Part shown: one piece after another, positions 47,204 through 53,452 of the stretch
Layout of the letters: the number at the start of each line of letters is the position of its first letter
Numbering within the stretch: the first letter of the stretch is position 1
Assembly (NCBI GenBank): GCA_964426935.1
Contig: CAYRTW010000003.1
Span: forward strand, 1 to 53,452
Source: an uncultured Rickettsiales bacterium
GTDB taxonomy: Bacteria; Myxococcota_A; UBA796; UBA9615; JAKLKC01
Length of the DNA: 53,452 nucleotides
Direction: 5' to 3'
Program-made: the position numbers and the translations under genes
Notes under the pieces: model-generated
Told to the model about the DNA's origin: nothing
Database searches by the model: none
The model's input: only the letters and a program-made list of their open reading frames with translations

Positions 47204-48091
47204 ATGTCTGCGTGGCTCAAGAGTTCTGTTTCCCCCCTTCGAAGGATCACGGCAGCGGCCGGACTGGCGCTGGCTGCGGGTGCCTGCCAGGACACCGGCC
47301 TCACCCGGCTTGATCTTGGGGAAGTTGCTGTCGTTACTGGGGATTTTGACAGCGTTGAGCTCGTGTTGACCTCTCTGGAGGTCACCTATGGCCGGGTGGA
47401 CGGCTACCTGTCGGGCCCTTCCTATCCCCTGGTGGATGAATACGATCACACCATCCTCACTCCTGAAGTGGAGGACGTGCTCGCCGATTCCACCACCCTC
47501 TCGGAGTACGATGTCCTTTTCCTGGATTGCGGGATGAGGGGTACTGGGGAGTACGTCTATAACGATGCCTCCACCCGGGATGACGGGCTTGTCTCCGATG
47601 CCTCCATCATCGCCAACCTGAGGGATTATGTGGAATACGGGGGCAAGCTCTACGCGTCTGACTGGGCCTATGAGCTGGTGGAGAGGGCCTTCCCCGATTA
47701 CATCGACTTCCTGGGGAATGACGACAACATTGATGCCGCGCAAAGGGGGCTGACCGCTCGCAACGTTCAAGCCAGGGTGGTGGATGAGGACTTGCGTGAG
47801 GCCCTGGAGCTGCCTGAGGGGAGTGACGATCTCAATCTGGTGTTCAACAACTCCGATTGGGCAGTAATGGAGGACTCCTCTGCCCGAGTGCTCATCCGAG
47901 GTGATGTCGCCTACAAGGATCGGGAAAACGGAGATGAGGTCTCCCTCCCCGATGTTCCCCTCCTGGTGACCTTCGACGTTGGTGATCGGGGAGGCAAGGT
48001 GGTGTACACCTCCTTCCACAATGAGGCCCAGACCACTGACGACGTGCAGCGAATCATCGAGTACCTGGTGATTTTGTTCCAACAGGAGTGA
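47204..48091 (+). CDS. Lipoprotein of unknown function (possibly a class-I glutamine-amidotransferase-like/ThuA-like fold; weak)
   Basis: Lipobox LALAAGAC. Segment YDVLFLDCG...YVEYGGKLYASDW...VVYTSFHNE resembles non-catalytic GATase1-like domains. Confidence 0.45.
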   Translation: MSAWLKSSVSPLRRITAAAGLALAAGACQDTGLTRLDLGEVAVVTGDFDSVELVLTSLEVTYGRVDGYLSGPSYPLVDEYDHTILTPEVEDVLADSTTLSEYDVLFLDCGMRGTGEYVYNDASTRDDGLVSDASIIANLRDYVEYGGKLYASDWAYELVERAFPDYIDFLGNDDNIDAAQRGLTARNVQARVVDEDLREALELPEGSDDLNLVFNNSDWAVMEDSSARVLIRGDVAYKDRENGDEVSLPDVPLLVTFDVGDRGGKVVYTSFHNEAQTTDDVQRIIEYLVILFQQE

Positions 48092-48096
48092 GCGTG

Positions 48097-49074
48097 ATGA
48101 ACCTCAATGGATGGGGAGCGCTGGTCCTCCCTCTTCTGGTCTCCTGCACCGACTACGATCTGCGGAACAATGAGCAGACCGATGCCTGGACCCAGGAGAC
48201 CCGCAACGTGGTGGATGTCCTCCTGGTGGTGGATAACTCCTGTTCCATGGTGGACGAGCAGGAAAAGCTGGCCTCCAACTTTGGCAGCTTCATTGAGGCG
48301 TTTGAGGATGCCGACGTCAACTACCAGATCGGAGTGATCACCACCGACACGGACGATATCGGTCAGTCCGGTCGCCTTCAGGGTCCCCTGGTGACCTCGG
48401 AGATGCCCTACGACGAGGCGGAGGCCCTGTTTGTGGAGACGGTGAGCCTGGGCACCACCGGCTCGGGATACGAGGCGGGTCTGGATGCGGCTCGCCTGGC
48501 CCTTTCTCCCGAGTTGCTTGCGGCAGAAAACCAGGATTTTCTCAGGGAGGAGGCCTCCCTGTCCATCGTGTTCGTCTCCGATGAGGAAGACTCTTCCCCT
48601 GATCCGGTGGACCTGTACCTGGATTTCTTCTACGCAGTGAAGTCTCCTGAGGGCTATGAGGCCTATCGGGACAGTCGGCTGATGAACATGTCGGCGGTGG
48701 TAGGGCCTCTTCCCGATGGTTGCTCGATCTCCGAGGACGACCAGTATCCAGCAGTTCCAGGGTCCCGCTATATCGATCTGGCCACCCGCACCAATGGCAT
48801 CATCTCCTCCATTTGCGACGCCGAGTTTGGACCCCTGGTCAGGGAGTTGGGACTGAACATCTCCGGCCTTCAAGCGGAGTTCTACCTTTCTCGTTGGCCG
48901 GATCTGGCCACCCTGGTGGTGAAGATCGATGAAGAAGAAACCACGACATGGTCCTATCTGGCGGAGCAGAACAGCATCGTGTTTGACCAGGGCAACCTCC
49001 CGCCCTCCGCCTCTACGATTACCGCTCACTACACTGTTTCTGCCCGACCCAACACCGAGGAGAGTGGTTCGTGA
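48097..49074 (+). CDS. von Willebrand factor A (VWA) domain lipoprotein
   Basis: Lipobox LPLLVSC. MIDAS motif in VLLVVDNSCSMVDEQ (DxSxS). Downstream IVFVSDEED strand. Confidence 0.7.
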   Translation: MNLNGWGALVLPLLVSCTDYDLRNNEQTDAWTQETRNVVDVLLVVDNSCSMVDEQEKLASNFGSFIEAFEDADVNYQIGVITTDTDDIGQSGRLQGPLVTSEMPYDEAEALFVETVSLGTTGSGYEAGLDAARLALSPELLAAENQDFLREEASLSIVFVSDEEDSSPDPVDLYLDFFYAVKSPEGYEAYRDSRLMNMSAVVGPLPDGCSISEDDQYPAVPGSRYIDLATRTNGIISSICDAEFGPLVRELGLNISGLQAEFYLSRWPDLATLVVKIDEEETTTWSYLAEQNSIVFDQGNLPPSASTITAHYTVSARPNTEESGS

Positions 49075-49640
49075 TGCCGTTGACTCGGTTGTGTGGGGCG
49101 ATGATTCTGGCGCTGGTGTCCCTTCTCGCCTGGGGATGCAAGAGCAAGGAGTGTGAGCAGAATCTCAATTGCGCCTCTTCGGAAGTGTGCATGGAGGGAC
49201 AGTGCGTAGCCCGGACCTGCATGGACAGCTCTACCTGTCCCATGGAACACTTCTGCAATGCTGACAGTGGCACTTGTACTGCGGGCTGTGAGTACGACCG
49301 GGACTGCTATCCCTACCATCGCTGTGACACCAGCGGGCAGTGTGTAGAGAACGGCTGCCGAGACACGGAGTTGGACTGTGCTCTTGGGCAGTACTGCAAC
49401 ACCCTGACCGGGGAGTGCTATGACGCCGGCGGGGCATACTGCCACACCTGCAAAGTCGATTCTGACTGTGGTGGCACCAACTATTGCCTGGACATCGGCT
49501 CCCCCGACGGATCCCGCTACTGCCTGGTGGATTGCTCCCTCGGCCAGGAATGCCCCCGGGGATATTCCTGTGTGAGCATCATCGACTCCGGGCAGAACGT
49601 GGTGGGAGAGGGCTGCTACGCCCGTTGCTGGGAACTGTGA
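49074..49640 (+). CDS. Cysteine-rich repeat lipoprotein
   Basis: Lipobox LLAWGC. 28 Cys in 188 aa (hand count) in repeating C-x(3-8)-C-x(3-6)-G-x-C modules. ATG overlaps the upstream stop (ATGA). Confidence 0.6.
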   Translation: MPLTRLCGAMILALVSLLAWGCKSKECEQNLNCASSEVCMEGQCVARTCMDSSTCPMEHFCNADSGTCTAGCEYDRDCYPYHRCDTSGQCVENGCRDTELDCALGQYCNTLTGECYDAGGAYCHTCKVDSDCGGTNYCLDIGSPDGSRYCLVDCSLGQECPRGYSCVSIIDSGQNVVGEGCYARCWEL

Positions 49641-49675
49641 TCGCTCCCCACCCCCACCACCGGCAGGGTGATCGG

Positions 49676-52465
49676 ATGATGGCTCGCTTCTTGTTTCCTC
49701 TCCTCGCAATCATGGGAATGGCCCTGCTGGGAGGCCTCACCGGCTGTACCACCGATTCTTCCGGAGACGATGACGATGCCGGGGCTGCGGCAACCCCGCC
49801 GGTCATCGAACACACCCCCATCACCGATGGCCAGGCGGCAGGCACCACCGTGGAACTGCAATGCCAGGTGACCGATGAGGAGGGAGTCGGTTCGGTCACC
49901 CTCTTTCTCCGGCCCCACGACACCACCTCCTGGGTGGCCCGGTTCTTCACTGAAACCGAGGACGGAACCTGGATCGCCACCATCGAGGGGACGGACGTCA
50001 CCACAGCAGGGGTGGATTACTACATCAAGGCCAGCGACATCGGTACTCCCCGTGGGGAGGCCACCTCTCCCGAGGGGGCACCAGAATCTTTCCACTCCTT
50101 CGCCACTCGGGTGGTGGGCACGCCCCTTCCATTCACCGAGACCTTCGACGGGGAAGGCTCCCTCCTGGCCAGGGGGTGGACCCTTTATAACCAGGGATTT
50201 CCTCACTATGACTGGGACATCACCACCCAGGCATCCCTCTCGGGAGACGCATCCGTCTGGCACGCCGATGGAATCTCTGGACTTGCTGGCCCCATCCTGG
50301 ATTGGCTGATCTCGCCCCCCATCAACCTGACTGGCGTGGAAACGGTTTCCCTCTCCTGGTACGAGATGGGGCAATACACCGCCGACCTGGAAATCCACGG
50401 AGCCTATGTGTCGGTGGGCAGTGGAGCCCCCTACGATGGGGAGTTTGTTCCTCTGGTGGAAGCCCTTCCATCCCCGCCCGAGGGGCAATGGGGAGCATCA
50501 GCCACCTATGACCTGTCTCCTTATGTGGGAATGGAAGCTGTCTATATCGCATTCGTTCATCAGAGTGAGTGGCCAGCGGACCGTTGGTTCCTCGATGATA
50601 TCTATGTGGGATCGCCTCATCCCCGACTCGATATTGGTGACGTTACCGTGGAGCCCGGGAACTTCGGCCCCGGCGATACCGTCACCCTCTCCGCCGAGCT
50701 TCTCAACGTAGGGGACGTGGATGCTCAAGGGGTGACGGCGACTCTCCAAACCTCCGATCCCCAGATCTCCATCGCCGACCCGGCCACATCTTATGGAATC
50801 CTGGCGGCTGGAGCCTCCGCTTCCCCGTCCCCTCCTTGGCAGATCACCGTGGACCCCGCGCATTCCGACAATTCCCGGTTGGAATTCGTTTTGGTTGCCA
50901 CCGATGGCACCATTCAAGTGGAGCTTCCCTTTTCGGTGCTGATGGGACAGGCGTCGACGGCTACCGTGGGGGTGGATGCCCTGGCTTCAGGCGAAGTCTC
51001 TTTGCGACTTGGGGCGGGAGATCCCACCGCACCCGGGTTTGAAGCGACTCATCTGGCCGATGTGGACGGTTTCCTTTGGGAGGTGGATCTTACTGAGGCT
51101 GCCGCGTTGCTTCCCCCTCTGGCGGGCCCATCTCGCTGGTTCGTCGAGGCCCAGAATGCCGGTCTTTACGAGGCGCAGGTGACGGAGTTCACCATCACCT
51201 GGGACGGGATTCCCCAGCAGCCATCCGGACTTCCCATTGCCATTCCTCCTGGGGAGAGGGTGAGGGTGTGGTTACCCGATCCCCCCTCCTTCGTGGCGTC
51301 TGGAGTGGTCACCGACCCCGTCGATCCCACCCCCGGGGATTCAGCGGTGTCTCTGGGAGTGACGGTTCGCAACCAGGGAACGGTGACCCAGGGACCTCTC
51401 ACCGGCACCCTGACTTCAGACGATCCCCATGCCACGGTGGTGGATGGGGAGGCCGTGGAGTTTGCTGATCATCCAGTCTCCACGGGAGAGGAGGTCTCCC
51501 AGGCCGCCCCCTTCATCCTCTCCATCGCCAGTGATCACCGGGACAACTCCCCGCTGTCTCTGCTGCTGACCCTGACGGATGGGGTGGAGGAGTTCCTGGT
51601 CCCGATAGAAGTTCCCGTTCCGTACGCCCATCCTCAGATCGTGGCCACTTCCGTCTATGACGGCTATACCGGGGATGGAATCCTCGACCGAGGGGAGAGA
51701 ATCGAACTCTCTGCCACGGTGCAGAACATCGGCGCTCGTTCCACAGCAGGGGAAGTGGGAGTGACCTTGAGCCTCGCCGCTGAATCCCAGGCATTGGCCA
51801 CCCTGGATGTGGATGACGCCGGCTTTGGAGTGACCCCGTTGGCTCCCGGTGACGCGGTGTCGGTGGACGGAGCTTTTGAATTTGAGGTGGAGTCAGGCTA
51901 CATGGGGGACGCGCTGATCTTCGACGCCCTCTTGACCGACGGTGTCGATACCTGGACCCAGACCCTCTCCTTCGAGTTGAGTGGAAAGGAGTGGATTCCC
52001 GTGCCGGGCAGCGAAGATCCATCCATGGATGCTGCCGGCTATCCTTTTGATCTTGCTGGGGCTTCGTACCGGAGCGATGGGGAGGTGCTCTGGCTGCGAG
52101 TGGATTCTCACACCCCATTCGACCCCGTTACCCTGTTCCTGGATGTCCACCTCTACAACGCCCCTTCCTGGTGGGCCCTGGAGTACATCTACGAAGAAGT
52201 GCGACTTCGAGATGACTACCTGTACGGGGATGTGGTGGAGCCCTCTCTGCCCATCCAGTTTGTGGTGGAAGATCGATCCTTCGCCCTGCGGGTGGCCCTT
52301 GCCGATCTGGACGTCATCGGGCACTCCACCAGCGTTGCCTTTGCATCGGGAATCTGCTCCGGAAGTTGGTACTGCGATATCAGTCCCGATACCTGGTTTG
52401 CGTTTGACGTGGATGCCGGAACCATCGGTTTCTACAACGACTACATGTCCACCATCGCCTGGTAG
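49676..52465 (+). CDS. Large surface lipoprotein: N-terminal Ig-like domain, choice-of-anchor-J/MAM-like domain, several CARDB-like repeats, novel C-terminal domain
   Basis: Lipobox LGGLTGC followed by DSSGDDDD. FTETFDGEG...GWTLYN...WLISPPINL...VSLSWYE resembles choice-of-anchor J. There are three repeats of the type V(T/S)VxPxxxxPGDxVxLxxxxxNxG. Confidence 0.55.
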   Translation: MMARFLFPLLAIMGMALLGGLTGCTTDSSGDDDDAGAAATPPVIEHTPITDGQAAGTTVELQCQVTDEEGVGSVTLFLRPHDTTSWVARFFTETEDGTWIATIEGTDVTTAGVDYYIKASDIGTPRGEATSPEGAPESFHSFATRVVGTPLPFTETFDGEGSLLARGWTLYNQGFPHYDWDITTQASLSGDASVWHADGISGLAGPILDWLISPPINLTGVETVSLSWYEMGQYTADLEIHGAYVSVGSGAPYDGEFVPLVEALPSPPEGQWGASATYDLSPYVGMEAVYIAFVHQSEWPADRWFLDDIYVGSPHPRLDIGDVTVEPGNFGPGDTVTLSAELLNVGDVDAQGVTATLQTSDPQISIADPATSYGILAAGASASPSPPWQITVDPAHSDNSRLEFVLVATDGTIQVELPFSVLMGQASTATVGVDALASGEVSLRLGAGDPTAPGFEATHLADVDGFLWEVDLTEAAALLPPLAGPSRWFVEAQNAGLYEAQVTEFTITWDGIPQQPSGLPIAIPPGERVRVWLPDPPSFVASGVVTDPVDPTPGDSAVSLGVTVRNQGTVTQGPLTGTLTSDDPHATVVDGEAVEFADHPVSTGEEVSQAAPFILSIASDHRDNSPLSLLLTLTDGVEEFLVPIEVPVPYAHPQIVATSVYDGYTGDGILDRGERIELSATVQNIGARSTAGEVGVTLSLAAESQALATLDVDDAGFGVTPLAPGDAVSVDGAFEFEVESGYMGDALIFDALLTDGVDTWTQTLSFELSGKEWIPVPGSEDPSMDAAGYPFDLAGASYRSDGEVLWLRVDSHTPFDPVTLFLDVHLYNAPSWWALEYIYEEVRLRDDYLYGDVVEPSLPIQFVVEDRSFALRVALADLDVIGHSTSVAFASGICSGSWYCDISPDTWFAFDVDAGTIGFYNDYMSTIAW

Positions 52466-52593
52466 GGGCCGTGTACCCGACTTTGGAGTAGATTGGCGGG
52501 GGAGGGCTTGGCAGATGGGGGAACAACCGGGGCCTCCCTGACGGGGAAGGCCCCCCATCATCCCGGCGCCGGGTGTCGGCGCACGGAGGTTCC

Positions 52594-53370
52594 ATGGCGG
52601 CAACCCAGGCGCTTCCCGATGGCTTCCATCTTTCCTTCTCCATCTCCCGCTCTTTGTGGGCGGATCTCCTCGGGGAGGCCCTTCCCATCCAGGTAGGGTC
52701 AGGGGATTTCGATGTGGTGACCCAGGCCCGGGGGTTGTTGACGGGGGTGGAGAGTCAGATCTCCCAGATGAAGCTTCTGGAGAGCCCCAAGGTGCCTCCG
52801 GTGGCGGCGGCGGCGGGGGTCCGGGCCCTCTCTGCTCTGAAGAAGGCCCGGGACGTGGTGAGCCGAAAGGTGGACGATTGGGTCAAGCTTTCTGGTACCT
52901 GGAAGGTGAATGTCTCTCGGGACGGATCGGCCTTCGTGTATGGAAACAACGGCGTCACTCTCAACGCCCGCGTGGTGGCCACGGCGGAGGGAAAGGCGGT
53001 CCTTCTCAACAATCAATTTGAGCTTCCCTTCACCCTGGAGAAGGCGGTGGACGGGACCGTCACCCTGGGGGAGGTGCATTTCGACCGAAACTCCAAGTCT
53101 CTTCAAGGACGAGTGAAGAACCTGGGGGTGGACCTGGGGGAACACCTGGTGTTCCGGACCCTCAAGCCCTACATCGACAGGCTCCTGGAGGAGAAGGTGG
53201 CCTCCAAGGTCAACCCCCTCACCATGCTGAAGGGAGAGCAACTGGAGAATCTCATCACCCCCGGCCAGGGCCCCCTCAAGCTGGCGGCGGGGATCTCCGA
53301 TCTTCTGGTGACAGTGGATGACGACCGTCTCACCCTCTCTGTCAAGTTTGCCTTCAAGGGGGTTCACTGA
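52594..53370 (+). CDS. Hypothetical protein with no signal peptide
   Basis: Same-strand ORF 128 nt after the large lipoprotein gene. Balanced composition. No motif recognised. Confidence 0.4.
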   Translation: MAATQALPDGFHLSFSISRSLWADLLGEALPIQVGSGDFDVVTQARGLLTGVESQISQMKLLESPKVPPVAAAAGVRALSALKKARDVVSRKVDDWVKLSGTWKVNVSRDGSAFVYGNNGVTLNARVVATAEGKAVLLNNQFELPFTLEKAVDGTVTLGEVHFDRNSKSLQGRVKNLGVDLGEHLVFRTLKPYIDRLLEEKVASKVNPLTMLKGEQLENLITPGQGPLKLAAGISDLLVTVDDDRLTLSVKFAFKGVH

Positions 53371-53452
53371 AAGGGTGGTCCCGCCTCCCGTCATTCCCCA
53401 GGACCTCTCACCGGGCGAAGTCCTCTGGACGCAGGTAGAGGGAATCGTCGAG

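Noticed and set aside
1-53452. Search for rRNA, tRNA, CRISPR arrays, transposases or IS elements, integrases, toxin-antitoxin pairs or known defence genes.
   Set aside because: No T-loop (GGTTCGAATCC-like) or cloverleaf candidates were seen. There are no regularly spaced direct repeats and no DDE, tyrosine- or serine-recombinase, RT or nuclease-helicase motifs. The accessory content appears to be envelope and surface proteins rather than mobile or defence elements.

Overview
GC-rich bacterial chromosomal window. TGA is the main stop codon and several promoters look like TTGACA/TATxxT. A MYXO-CTERM-like sorting tail and many acidic lipobox lipoproteins suggest a Myxococcota or delta-proteobacterial-type lineage, but that is inference only. 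Layout: (1) 1-17.9 kb is a complete, largely translationally coupled dcw cluster, ftsI-murE-murF-mraY-murD-ftsW-murG-murC-murB-ddl-ftsQ-ftsA-ftsZ. (2) 18-31.7 kb holds accessory envelope genes: two paralogous PKD-like secreted proteins, a lipoprotein, recX, a TPR/beta-barrel OMP, a GT-C glycosyltransferase, a UDPGP-family nucleotidyltransferase, tusA plus a DsrE-like gene, an M16 peptidase pair and a MYXO-CTERM-like Asp/Cys-rich protein. (3) 31.9-41.3 kb is a conserved housekeeping string, yceD-rpmF-plsX-acpP-fabF-rpiB-glyA-nrdR-ribD-ribE-ribBA-nusB. It lacks fabH/fabD/fabG and ribH at their usual positions. (4) 41.3-45.3 kb holds a small M50-like protease, a ~580-nt ORF-free convergent spacer, and rfbF-GT2-rnhB on the minus strand. 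(5) 45.3-53.4 kb is an operon of five consecutive lipoproteins (Ig-like repeats, VWA, Cys-rich, a large choice-of-anchor-J/CARDB-like protein) plus one unknown protein. Points most worth a second look: an in-frame TAG inside the otherwise intact ftsA; the structured ORF-free spacer at 42.55-43.14 kb as a candidate ncRNA; the uncharacterised lipoprotein/VWA operon; the PKD-like pair after ftsZ; a RibBA whose cyclohydrolase domain has lost its zinc ligands; and a ~370-aa extension on FtsQ. I found no rRNA, tRNA, CRISPR array or transposase. All homology calls rest on motif recognition by eye, not on searches.
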